DNA of 64,000 nucleotides, from NCBI GenBank assembly GCA_035699625.1, contig DASSPM010000058.1, forward strand, positions 3,078 through 67,077. Reading direction: 5' to 3'. Within the stretch, counting starts at the first letter, position 1, and each line of letters opens with the position of its first letter. The notes beneath the pieces are model-generated. The model did no database searches. It was not told where the DNA came from and saw only the letters and a list, made by a program, of their open reading frames with translations. Made by a program: the position numbers and the translations under genes. The stretch is from Candidatus Limnocylindrales bacterium (GTDB lineage Bacteria; Chloroflexota; Limnocylindria; Limnocylindrales; CSP1-4). Below are positions 1 to 9,031 of the stretch, in pieces.

Positions 1-102
1 ATCCTGGAGTGCCGCGACGGTCGCATCATCCGCGAGACCGATTACTTCGCGCCCCCCTTCGAGCCGCCCGCCTGGCGGATGCAGTGGGTCGAGGTCGGCT
101 AG
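1..102 (+). CDS. 3' end of a gene truncated by the window edge; C-terminus resembles NTF2/SnoaL-like fold proteins
   Basis: Frame-1 translation ILECRDGRIIRETDYFAPPFEPPAWRMQWVEVG ends at TAG 100-102. Only 33 aa are visible. Confidence 0.3.
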   Translation: MLECRDGRIIRETDYFAPPFEPPAWRMQWVEVG

Positions 103-292
103 CTCACGGCTGCCTGAGCGGCGCAACGTCCCGGGTTCCGCTCCGGCTAGCATCTAGTGGCAGGCCGCGCGGCCGCCCTCGCGGCGCGTCGACCCTGGCA
201 CCGTCGCTCCGACGAGGCGGGACCGACCACGTACGACAGCGTCGTGCAGAGCAGAGACGGAGTGCCCGCTGAGCCGAAGCAATGCCGCCGGG

Positions 293-2341
293 ATGCGCAC
301 GGAGGGGCGCTCTTCTCAGCGCTTGGCGGCCCTCTGGCGGTTCCTGCGGGATCCCCACAGCATGCTGTCGGTGGGGGTCGGGCTCGCCGCGATCACGGTG
401 GCGTCGGTTCGCGGCCCGATGCCGTTGCTGCTCGTCATGGCTGGCGCCAGCGGCCTGCTCCTCGTGCAGGCGCTCGTCCGCGCGCCGGCGTTACGGCGGA
501 GGTCACCGCGCCTGCGCGAGGCAGGTCACACGCTGCGCCTCTCGGCTGCCGTCGTCTTCGTCGCAGTCAGCGTCCAGGCCACTTCGTTCGACCAGGCGCG
601 ACCCCTCGCCGCGCTCTACCTGCCGGCCATCGCACTGGCTGCCGTCTACGGCGCCCGTGAGCTGGCCTGGATCGGCGGCCTCGCCGCCATCCTCTACTTC
701 GGCCCGGAGTTGGCACGCCCGGAGCACTTCGACGAGACCTCCCTGCGCGCCGTCGGCCTGACCGGGGCCGCGGTGATCCTGGCCGTCGGCAGCCGTCGCA
801 CGGTCTCCGCCCTCGAGCGGGCGCTTCTCCAGGTGCGCGCCGCTGCCTCCGCCGACCGCCGCCGATCCAGGCAGCTGGCCAGCGTCGAGGCGGTCGGCCG
901 CGTCCTGGCCGCGGAGGGTCCCACCGCGGCCGCCTTGGACGAGGTGATGCGCCTGCTGAGCGATGGTCTTGGCTACCGCTTCGTGTCGATCTTCCTGCTC
1001 GACGGCGCGCTGCTGCGCCTCGGTGGCCAGCGTGGCTACACCGACCTCGTGCCGATCCTGGACGGCACCAGCGGCGTGCTCGGCCGGGCCATGCGCACCC
1101 GTGAGCTGCAGTTCGTGGCCGACGTGACCGCCGACCCGGACTACGTGGCCGCCGCGCCGGAGGTGCGCAGCGAGATCTCGGCGCCGTTGCTCTCCGGCCA
1201 CGAGTTGCTGGGCGTGCTCAACGTGGAGTCCGAGTCCCGACTCGACGACAGCGATGCCCGCCTGGTGGCGGCCATCGCCGACCGGCTGGCGGCGGCCGTG
1301 GTGCTGGGGCGCGGCCGCCAGGAGCTGGCCGAACGGGCGCGCCTGCTGGCCAGCCTGCACCGCTTCGCGGCCGACATCACGGCATACCTGGACCCGGCGG
1401 GCCTGCACGAGGCGATCGTCGAAGGCATCTCCGAGGTGGTGCCGGCCGATGCCGTGGCACTGACATTGCTCGACCGCACCAGCGGCGGATATCGCATCGC
1501 GGCCGTACGCGGCCCTGATACGACCGCGCGTGGCTCGGAGATCAGGCCTGGGGAGGGCATCGCCGGACGGGCCATCCGGGAGCGCACGACCGTGGTCGTC
1601 GGTGACTTCCGGCGCGAGGCCTTCCCGGCTGCTCTGCGCAGCGCCACCGGCCCGGATGACTACACGGCCGCGGGGGTGCCCCTCATCCGCGAGGGCGTCG
1701 TGCTCGGGGCACTGACGCTCGGCCGGACCGACCCGCAGAAGGGCTTCAGCGAGCTCGAGCGGGAGGTGCTCGAGCTGGTCGCGAGTCAGGCTGCCCTCGC
1801 CGTCGCCAACGTGCAGCTGCATGCTGAACTGGCGGAACTCGCGGTGCGCGACCCGCTCACGGGTCTCTCGAACCGGCGTCACTTCGACGACGCCTTCGCC
1901 CGCCTGATGGCCGGCCAGGGTCGGCGGTCCCTCGAGGAGCGGCGGGTCGCGGCGATCATCTTCGACGTCGACCACTTCGGCCAGTTCAACAAGCAGCACG
2001 GCCACCAGGTGGGTGATGCGATGCTGCGCTGCTTCTCCGACGTGCTCCGGGAACGCTTCCGGGCGAGCGACCTGGTGGCGCGCTACGGTGGCGAGGAGTT
2101 CGTGGTGGTCCTGGACGACGCCACGCCGGAGGAGGCCGGGACGGCCGCCGAGGAGGTCCGGGCGCGCTTCGCCGCGGCGGCGGTGAGCGGCGCCGACGGT
2201 GCCACCGTGCGCGCTACGGTCTCGGCCGGCTGCAGTGCGCTCGGTCCGGACGTGACCAGCGGCGAGGCGCTGCTGCGTGCCGCGGACGTGGCACTCTTCA
2301 TGGCCAAGCGGAGCGGGCGGGACCGCGTCGTCACGGCCTGA
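293..2341 (+). CDS. Membrane-anchored diguanylate cyclase with two GAF domains and a GGDEF domain
   Basis: About 4 N-terminal hydrophobic helices. GAF-like blocks. C-terminal RDPLTGLSNRRHFDD...RYGGEEF, the GGEEF active-site motif. The true start may be the internal Met at 362. Confidence 0.85.
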   Translation: MRTEGRSSQRLAALWRFLRDPHSMLSVGVGLAAITVASVRGPMPLLLVMAGASGLLLVQALVRAPALRRRSPRLREAGHTLRLSAAVVFVAVSVQATSFDQARPLAALYLPAIALAAVYGARELAWIGGLAAILYFGPELARPEHFDETSLRAVGLTGAAVILAVGSRRTVSALERALLQVRAAASADRRRSRQLASVEAVGRVLAAEGPTAAALDEVMRLLSDGLGYRFVSIFLLDGALLRLGGQRGYTDLVPILDGTSGVLGRAMRTRELQFVADVTADPDYVAAAPEVRSEISAPLLSGHELLGVLNVESESRLDDSDARLVAAIADRLAAAVVLGRGRQELAERARLLASLHRFAADITAYLDPAGLHEAIVEGISEVVPADAVALTLLDRTSGGYRIAAVRGPDTTARGSEIRPGEGIAGRAIRERTTVVVGDFRREAFPAALRSATGPDDYTAAGVPLIREGVVLGALTLGRTDPQKGFSELEREVLELVASQAALAVANVQLHAELAELAVRDPLTGLSNRRHFDDAFARLMAGQGRRSLEERRVAAIIFDVDHFGQFNKQHGHQVGDAMLRCFSDVLRERFRASDLVARYGGEEFVVVLDDATPEEAGTAAEEVRARFAAAAVSGADGATVRATVSAGCSALGPDVTSGEALLRAADVALFMAKRSGRDRVVTA

Positions 2342-2349
2342 CGGCGGCT

Positions 2350-5049
2350 TCAGGAGAGCGGTGGCAGGACCTGCTGGAGCTGCTGTGCCGGCGCGAAGAG
2401 GTCGCCTTTCTCTGCCAGCCGATCGGGCATGGTGACGATGGTCCAGCGGTCCGGGCGCAGCTCCGGGTCGTCCAGCTCGGCCCACTCGATGGGCGCGCTC
2501 ACCGGCGCCCCGGCCGCCGGTCGCACGGCGTACGGCGCCACGAGGGTCTTGTTGAGCGCGTTCTGTGTGTAGTCGAGCCGGATGAGGCCCTTGCGCCGCC
2601 CCTTCTCCCACTCCCAGCTGACGAGCTCGGGCGCCAGCGAGCCGACGGCGCGGGAGAGGCCCTCCACCCAGGCGGCCGTCTCGCGGAAGCTGTAGCGCGG
2701 CTCGACCGGGATCCAGACCTGAAGGCCCCGCTTGCCGGTCACCTTGGGCAGGCCGGTCGTGCCCAGGTGCTCGAGCGCGGTGCGATAGAGCCGGGCCAGC
2801 ACGAGCACGTCGGCGAAGGTCGAGCGCTCGCCGGGGTCGATGTCGATGAGCGCGAAGGTGGGCCGCTCGGGAGCCACGGCGCGCGACGTCCAGGGGTGGA
2901 TCTCGAAGGAGGCCTCGTTGCCCAGCCAGGCCAGGGTGGCGGCCTCCGAGGCGAGCAGGTAGTCGTGCGACTCGCGGGGGCTCGACCCGGCGATGAAGAC
3001 GCGCTCGATCCAGTCGGGCGTGTGCGAGCGCACCTCCTTCTGCCAGAAGCCCGCCTTGGTGATGCCGTCCGGGAAGCGGTGCAGGTTGAGCGCGCGGCCC
3101 TCGAGGTGCGGCAGCATCGCCGGGGCGACGGTCACCAGGTAGCGGATGACGTCGCGCTTGGTGATGCCGTCGTCCGGGAAGAGCACCTTGTCGAGGTTGG
3201 TCAGGTGCAGGGTGCGCTGGCCGACGCGCCAGTCGCCCTCCCTGCGGATGGCGTCCAGCGCGGCCAGCTCTTCGGGGGTCGCTCCGGCCGGCGCCGTCAG
3301 GGGCGCCGCGGTCCGCTTCGGTGACGCCCTGCGCTTCGGGCGCGCCGTGTGCTTTGGCGCCGCCGTTCGCTTCCCGGCCGGTGGCGCGGCCCGTCGCTCG
3401 GCGGTCGCGGTGGCACGCTCGGTGTCGACCGCCTGCTCCCGCGTCACCGAGCGCGGCTCCTTGCCCAGCTCGAGGCCTTTGTAGGCCGCCTGCCGCACCT
3501 GGCCGTCCGTGGTCCAGTCGCTGAACTCGGCGCGGATGACGATGCGCGGCTCCACCCAGCGGGCGGTCTTGAGGCGCGGCGGGTTCGCCACGGGCGGCGC
3601 ATCGCGAGCGATGGCTGTGAGCCGTTCGATGAACTCCCTGCGCGTCCGGGTATCGATGCCGCTGCCCACTCCGCCGGCGAAGACGAGGCGTCCCTCCTCG
3701 TCGTGCACGCCCACGAGCAGCGAGCCCAGGTCCTTGTGCCTCCCCTTGCCCGGCTCCCAGCCGACGACCACCAGCTCCTGCTCCCGTCGGGCCTTGACCT
3801 TCAGCCAGGAGCTCGAGCGACGACCTGGCTCGTAGCGACTGCGCCGGTGCTTGGCCACCATGCCCTCCAGCCCACGCTCGGCTGCGGCCCCGAAGAAGGC
3901 TTCGCCGTCGGTCTCCACGTGGCTGGCGTAGACGACCAGCGGGTGCTCTCGCAGCACGCTGCGCAGGAGGCGCTTGCGCTCCTCGAGCGGCACCTCGAGC
4001 AGCGAGCGGCCGTCGAGGTGGAGCAGGTCGAAGACCAGGTAGCGCAGGGGGATGTCGCCGCGCGTCCGGCCCGTCTCGCGCCGGGAGGGCGCCGCGGCGC
4101 CGGCGCCGCCGATGCGGATGCCGGTCCGCTCCTGGAGCAGCGAGAACGATGGCCGGCCCTGCTCGTCGAGGGCGACCACCTCACCGTCCACGATCGCCTC
4201 GCGCGCGGCGATCCAGGCGGGCGGCCCGGCCAGGTCCGGGAAGTAGCGCGCGGCGTCCTGGCGGTTGCGCGTCCAGAGGCGCACCTTCCCGCCGCCCACC
4301 ACGGCCTCCACTCGGTAGCCGTCCCACTTGAGCTCGAAGAGCCAATCCGGGTCGCTGAAGGGTGCCCGCACCAGGGTCGCCTTCATGGGCGGCACGAAGT
4401 CGGGCAGGGGGGCCTCCTTAGCCCCCGCCAGGTCGATGGCGGCCTGCGTCGCCGGTGCGGTCGGGTCCCAGACCGCCGGCGCGCCCGCCTTGACCTCGTC
4501 GTTGGTTCGTCCGCTCTTGACCGAGCGCGGGTGGTCCTCCGCGTCCCAGTCCGCGCGGGCCGTCTCGTCGCGCTTCTTGATGAGCAGCCACTGCTCCTTG
4601 TCCTCGTCGCGGCGGCGGGTGCGCACCAGGGTCCAGCGTCCGGACAGCTTCTCGCCTCGAAGGCGGAACTTCAGCTCGCCGGCGCGGACGGCGGCACCGG
4701 CATCGTCTGTCTCCTCGGGTTCGAAGGTGCCCCAGTCCCAGACGATCACGTCGCCCGCGCCGTACTGGCCGCGCGGGATGGTGCCTTCGAAGTCGAAGTA
4801 CTCGATGGGGTGGTCCTCGACATGTACGGCCATGCGCTTCTGGGCGGGGTCGAGCGAGGGCCCCTTGGGCACCGCCCAACTCATCAGCACGCCGTCGATC
4901 TCGAGGCGGAAGTCGTAGTGCAGCCGCGTGGCACGGTGGCGCTGCACGACGAAGCGCCCGCTCGCCGCAGGGCGGGCCTTCCGCCGGCTGCCGGCGGGCT
5001 CGGGCGTGCGCGTGAAGTCGCGCTTGCGCTTGTAGTCCTCGAGCGTCAC
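2350..5049 (-). CDS. ligD: ATP-dependent DNA ligase LigD, multidomain NHEJ enzyme with PE-Lig-Pol domain order
   Basis: N-terminal phosphoesterase motif YKRKRDFTRTPEP...HYDFRLE. Central ligase block ELKWDGYRVEAV. C-terminal polymerase/primase domain (LHLTNLDKVLFP...KRGLQVWIPVEP). Start is uncertain: GTG at 5049 sits just upstream of the PE domain, but the ORF stays open to 5373 through an Arg/Pro-rich stretch. Confidence 0.85.
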   Translation of the reverse strand: MTLEDYKRKRDFTRTPEPAGSRRKARPAASGRFVVQRHRATRLHYDFRLEIDGVLMSWAVPKGPSLDPAQKRMAVHVEDHPIEYFDFEGTIPRGQYGAGDVIVWDWGTFEPEETDDAGAAVRAGELKFRLRGEKLSGRWTLVRTRRRDEDKEQWLLIKKRDETARADWDAEDHPRSVKSGRTNDEVKAGAPAVWDPTAPATQAAIDLAGAKEAPLPDFVPPMKATLVRAPFSDPDWLFELKWDGYRVEAVVGGGKVRLWTRNRQDAARYFPDLAGPPAWIAAREAIVDGEVVALDEQGRPSFSLLQERTGIRIGGAGAAAPSRRETGRTRGDIPLRYLVFDLLHLDGRSLLEVPLEERKRLLRSVLREHPLVVYASHVETDGEAFFGAAAERGLEGMVAKHRRSRYEPGRRSSSWLKVKARREQELVVVGWEPGKGRHKDLGSLLVGVHDEEGRLVFAGGVGSGIDTRTRREFIERLTAIARDAPPVANPPRLKTARWVEPRIVIRAEFSDWTTDGQVRQAAYKGLELGKEPRSVTREQAVDTERATATAERRAAPPAGKRTAAPKHTARPKRRASPKRTAAPLTAPAGATPEELAALDAIRREGDWRVGQRTLHLTNLDKVLFPDDGITKRDVIRYLVTVAPAMLPHLEGRALNLHRFPDGITKAGFWQKEVRSHTPDWIERVFIAGSSPRESHDYLLASEAATLAWLGNEASFEIHPWTSRAVAPERPTFALIDIDPGERSTFADVLVLARLYRTALEHLGTTGLPKVTGKRGLQVWIPVEPRYSFRETAAWVEGLSRAVGSLAPELVSWEWEKGRRKGLIRLDYTQNALNKTLVAPYAVRPAAGAPVSAPIEWAELDDPELRPDRWTIVTMPDRLAEKGDLFAPAQQLQQVLPPLS

Positions 5050-5510
5050 CGCCCGAGAGTACGCCGGACGTCGCCCGCTCGAGGGTCCGCGTCGTGGCGC
5101 CGGGCGGTCGGGATCAGCCGTCCTGGCCGGCCTGGCGGACACGGTCGTCGCTGGCCGCCGGGCCCTCACGGTGACCGGCGGGCATGCCGCGTTCCTGCGC
5201 GCGGGACTTGGCCGCGCCCTCGCCGCTCGACTGCGTGGCGGTACCGGCGATGCGCTCGTCGGCTCGCCCCACGCCGCCGGGGATGGTCTCCGCCGAGCGC
5301 TCGGGCCGGTTGCCGATGGTGCTGCCAGGCTGCGGGGTCGTGTCGGGTCGCATCTTCGCCTCCTTCGCCGCACAGGCTCGCGGCGGGCGACTGCCCGGTG
5401 CGCGCCTGTGGGCCGGCAGTGCCTTGCAGGGGTCTTTCGGGTCGCCGCAAGGCGTGCGCAAGGTGGCCTCTGCGACGCTGGGCGGGAGCCGCAGCGAAAG
5501 GAGGCGCAAG

Positions 5511-5762
5511 ATGCCAGAGCTGGATGCGCGCGATCGCGAGCGACTGCCGAAGCGAAGCTTCGCCTATGTCGACAGCGAGGGCGAGGGCCACCTGCCGCTT
5601 AACGACGAGTCTCACGTGCGCAACGCCATGGCCCGCTGGAACCAGACGCACTTCGAGTCGAAGGCGGCCAAGGAGCGCGCGCGCAGGAAGATCGTCTCGG
5701 CGGCCAAGCGTCACGGCATCGAGATCGACCCCGACGACAAGGTGACGCACCCGGTGCGCTGA
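5511..5762 (+). CDS. Small conserved hypothetical protein (83 aa; KRSFAYVDSEGEGHLPLNDESHVRNAMARWNQTHF motif)
   Basis: ATG at 5511 preceded by a GAAAGGAGG ribosome-binding site. Compact, charged, helical C-terminus. Typical of small conserved actinobacterial proteins. Confidence 0.55.
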   Translation: MPELDARDRERLPKRSFAYVDSEGEGHLPLNDESHVRNAMARWNQTHFESKAAKERARRKIVSAAKRHGIEIDPDDKVTHPVR

Positions 5763-5857
5763 GCACGTCCATCGAAGCCCCCCGAACGCGCACCGCCCGA
5801 GCCCTGGAGGGTCGGGCGGTCTTTTGTGCGCCTCTGCTCTGGTGTCGTCTGGCGGAT

Positions 5858-6007
5858 CTATGGACTCATGGTGGGCACCGCGCTCTCCGAGCTCGGTGCG
5901 CTGGGGGAGACGGATTCGGTCGGACTTGCGCCCGGCGAGGTGCTCGGATTCGCGCAGGCGAGCGCTGCGAGGGCGGTGATGGTCGCGAGCAGGATGGTCT
6001 TGAACAT
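5858..6007 (-). CDS. Putative small secreted peptide or lipoprotein (50 aa)
   Basis: MFKTILLATITALAALACANPSTSPGASPTE: signal-peptide-like N-terminus, then a Cys and a Ser/Pro-rich tail. Short and weakly supported. Confidence 0.2.
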   Translation of the reverse strand: MFKTILLATITALAALACANPSTSPGASPTESVSPSAPSSESAVPTMSP

Positions 6008-6194
6008 GGTCCGGCAGGCTACGAACGTCCCGGTCACAGGCGGATCGCGCGCAGCCTTCGAGCGCTTGCGAGGGCCTTGCGACCGTCGCGTTTGACGCGG
6101 CTCGACGCGGCGCGCAACATTCGCCCTGCGACCGCTGTCCTGCCCGCCGGTGGCGCCTGCCTTGCCGCCCGATGCCTGGAGGAGAGCGCCCGGT

Positions 6195-6983
6195 ATGCAC
6201 GTCACCCCGACGGAACTGCGCGTCGTCCGCCGTGGCGAGCTGTTGCTGCGTTATGCGCTGCTCGATGACGTGGCCTATGTCCTGGCCGAAGTGCCCTCCT
6301 CTGGCTCGCGGGGCACCACGCTCGAGGCACCCTGCGAGGACGCGCACTGGGCGATCGTGCTGCGTGGCGAGCTGGAGCTGATCCAGGGCGACAACGTGCG
6401 CCGCTTGCCGGCCGGCACCGCCTTCCACGTCCCCGCGGGGCGGCCCGAGCACCGCTTCCGGAGCAAGGGTCGGACCGTCTTCGCGGGCTTCGTGCCGGTC
6501 GATCCTGATGCCGTCGCCGGCGGCGCTCCCGGCCACCTGCCGGTCTGGGGCGACGGGTCCTCCGAGGTCGTGCCGGGCAAGGAGCCGGAGCTGCGCGTCG
6601 AGCCCACCATCGTGAGCGGGGGAAAGGTGGTCACCCTGCAGAGTGGCGAGGTCGATGCCGAGGCTGCCGACATGGGCGGCTGGATCCTCTGCCGCGCCAG
6701 CTTCGGCAGCACGAGCGGCTACGGCAGCTCCTGGTGCGACCTGCCGCACTGGGGCATGGTCCTGCGCGGCGGGCTGGGCATCGAGTGGGAGGACGACGTG
6801 GAGGTGCTCAGCGCCGGCGATGTCTACCACTGCCGCCAGGGGCCGCCCGGGCACCGCTTCGAGGTGGCCGACTCGGCCACGATCATCGACATCACGCCGC
6901 GTGAGGCATACAGCGCGACCGCACGCATCGTGGACTGGCGGCCGCGGCTCTCGGTCTTCGAGCCCACGCCCGGCGCACGCTGA
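6195..6983 (+). CDS. Bicupin (two cupin-fold domains) protein
   Basis: Two repeated cupin-like segments (…HWAIVLRGELELIQGDNVRRLPAGTAFHVPAG… and …WGMVLRGGLGIEWEDDVEVLSAGDVYHCRQG…). GGAGAG ribosome-binding site before ATG 6195. Confidence 0.6.
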   Translation: MHVTPTELRVVRRGELLLRYALLDDVAYVLAEVPSSGSRGTTLEAPCEDAHWAIVLRGELELIQGDNVRRLPAGTAFHVPAGRPEHRFRSKGRTVFAGFVPVDPDAVAGGAPGHLPVWGDGSSEVVPGKEPELRVEPTIVSGGKVVTLQSGEVDAEAADMGGWILCRASFGSTSGYGSSWCDLPHWGMVLRGGLGIEWEDDVEVLSAGDVYHCRQGPPGHRFEVADSATIIDITPREAYSATARIVDWRPRLSVFEPTPGAR

Positions 6984-7047
6984 TGCCCGCCGGCGTGGCC
7001 GGCGGGCATCCTGGAGCGGCGCAGGGCCGGCATCGCCGGCTGGGCGA

Positions 7048-7260
7048 TCAGTAGGTGCGGTCCGAGACCTGCGGGTCCGGGTAGGTGCGATCGGCGGCGT
7101 CCTTGACGTCGTCGCCCAGGTTGCCCAGGTCCTTGCGCAACTCGTCGCCCGCGTTGGCGATGTCGTCGCTGGGCTGGTGGCCGTCGAGCTCGCGGACCGT
7201 CTTCTTGGTCTCGGTCTCGACCTCGCGGCCGGCCTTCTTGATATCGCTTTCCATGCTCAT
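7048..7260 (-). CDS. CsbD-like general stress protein
   Basis: 70 aa, highly charged, MSMESDIKKAGREVETETKKTVRELDG...: CsbD family signature. Confidence 0.7.
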   Translation of the reverse strand: MSMESDIKKAGREVETETKKTVRELDGHQPSDDIANAGDELRKDLGNLGDDVKDAADRTYPDPQVSDRTY

Positions 7261-7374
7261 CGGGTGACCCCCTTGTGGTCGATGGGCGGCCTCATCCGGG
7301 CCGTCGCGGCCACCGTACCGAGCGCCGGCGTTCCGTTCCGTGGCGGTTCGCGGCCGCCGGCTTGCAGGGCCCTT

Positions 7375-8523
7375 TCACGGCTGGCCGCCCTCACGTGCCA
7401 GCCGCTCGCGCGTGCCTTCCCGGCGCAACTCGGCCTCGGGTGACGATTCGACCTCGTCCTCCTTCATGTCGCTGGCGTTGGGGTCCTGGGGCACGGGCGT
7501 GTCGCGTGCCTGCAACCGCTCGAGGATGACCTCGATGGAGGCGACCAGCGGCACCGCCAGGAAGGCGCCCAGGATGCCGCCCACGGCGGCCCCGATGAGC
7601 AGGCTGACGAGGACCAGGAAGGGCGACAGGCCGATGGTGTTGCGCATCACCAGCGGCACCAGCACGTTGCCCTCGATGACGTGGACGACGACGTAGACGA
7701 GCGCCACGGCGAGGACGAGCTCCGGGCCGACGGTGGCCGCCACGAGCAGCGCCGGGACGACGCCGATCATGGGCCCCACGATCGGGATGGCCTCGGTCAA
7801 CGCGGCGATGACGCCGAGCAGCATCCACGGCTCGAGGCCGAGGGCGGCGTAGGCCAGGCCTGTCGAGAGGCCGACGATGCCCATCAGCAGTAGCTGGCCG
7901 CGCACCCAGCCGCCGAGGCGCAGCTCGATGTCGTTCCAGACGCGCCGCGCTCCCGGCCGCCGATGGGCCGGCAGGAAGGCCAGCGCGTAGCGCTGCAGCC
8001 GGGCGTGCTCGGTCAGCCAGAAGAAGAGGATGGCCAGCAGCGAGACGATCGAGACGACCACCTCTGCCGCACCGACGCCGGCCGCCACGACCGCGTCCGG
8101 GTCGGGAGCCTGCGGCGTGAGCGCGCTCCGTGCCGCGTCGACGAGGGCCGTGGCGCTCGTCGCCAGGGCGCGCGGGCGGAGCTCGGCGGCCCAGTCGCGC
8201 GCCTGCTGCAGGAAGGGGGGCAGCCGGGTCGCCAGGTCGTTGGCCTGGTTGACGGCGGCCGGGACGACGAGCAGCGCGAGCACCGCCACGAGGCAGAAGA
8301 AGGCCAGGTAGACGAGCAGGATGGTCGGCCCGCGCCCCAGTGGCAGCCGCCCGCGCAGCCAACCGACGATGGGCTCGAGAGCCGCCGCGAGCAGCACGGC
8401 CACGAAGACCAGCACCAGGACCCGGCCGGCCAGATAGAGGCCACCGACGAAGAGCAGCACGAGGCCGAAGCCGACGGCCAGGCCCAGGCCGCGGACGACC
8501 CAGCGGAGGGCCTCGGCGCGCAT
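7375..8523 (-). CDS. AI-2E family transporter (PerM/YhhT-like permease)
   Basis: Multi-pass membrane protein with N-terminal MRAEALRWVVRGLGLAVGFGLVLLFVGGLYLAG... and a C-terminal acidic tail. ATG at 8523; the ORF upstream of that is low-complexity. Confidence 0.7.
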   Translation of the reverse strand: MRAEALRWVVRGLGLAVGFGLVLLFVGGLYLAGRVLVLVFVAVLLAAALEPIVGWLRGRLPLGRGPTILLVYLAFFCLVAVLALLVVPAAVNQANDLATRLPPFLQQARDWAAELRPRALATSATALVDAARSALTPQAPDPDAVVAAGVGAAEVVVSIVSLLAILFFWLTEHARLQRYALAFLPAHRRPGARRVWNDIELRLGGWVRGQLLLMGIVGLSTGLAYAALGLEPWMLLGVIAALTEAIPIVGPMIGVVPALLVAATVGPELVLAVALVYVVVHVIEGNVLVPLVMRNTIGLSPFLVLVSLLIGAAVGGILGAFLAVPLVASIEVILERLQARDTPVPQDPNASDMKEDEVESSPEAELRREGTRERLAREGGQP

Positions 8524-9031
8524 GGAGCGGCGGTCAGTGCCGGGCGTCGACGTGGAGCCGGGCGTCGACGTGCAGGAGGCGGGTCGCCACGTGGCGCAGG
8601 GCGGCGGTGGTGGCCGAGAGCGAGTCGAGCGCCCGCAGCAGGCCATCGCCGGCGGCTGACGTTGCCTGGATGCGCACCGTGCCTGCGGCACGCGCGGGGA
8701 TCGGCGGCAGCGCGGCCATGAGCGTCGAGTCGGTGTGACGAAGCGTCAGGCTGCGCTCGTGCGGCAGCCGGGGCAGGGGCACGCTGCGTGGCTGATCCAT
8801 CGATGGGCCACCTCCGCTGCGCCGGTCGGGCTGGGCAGCCCCGAGGCCGGCGCGTGGGAGTGTCGGGCCGCGCCCGGACCGCCCGCGCTGGCGGCAAGCG
8901 CCGCTCCGTTGCAGTCGCATGCCAGCCCGGCCGGGTCGCGGCGCGGGTGCCCCGCTTCGATATCCCGCCGCCATGCGCGGGGCGCCCCGCGAGAGGCGCA
9001 CAGTGGCGCACGCCGCGTAGGCTCGCGGGCG

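Noticed and set aside
5050-5373. Arg/Pro-rich 108-aa N-terminal extension of LigD as a genuine domain
   Set aside because: No ATG. The composition matches typical out-of-frame high-GC noise. The PE domain begins right after GTG 5049. Kept as an open question in the findings rather than annotated.
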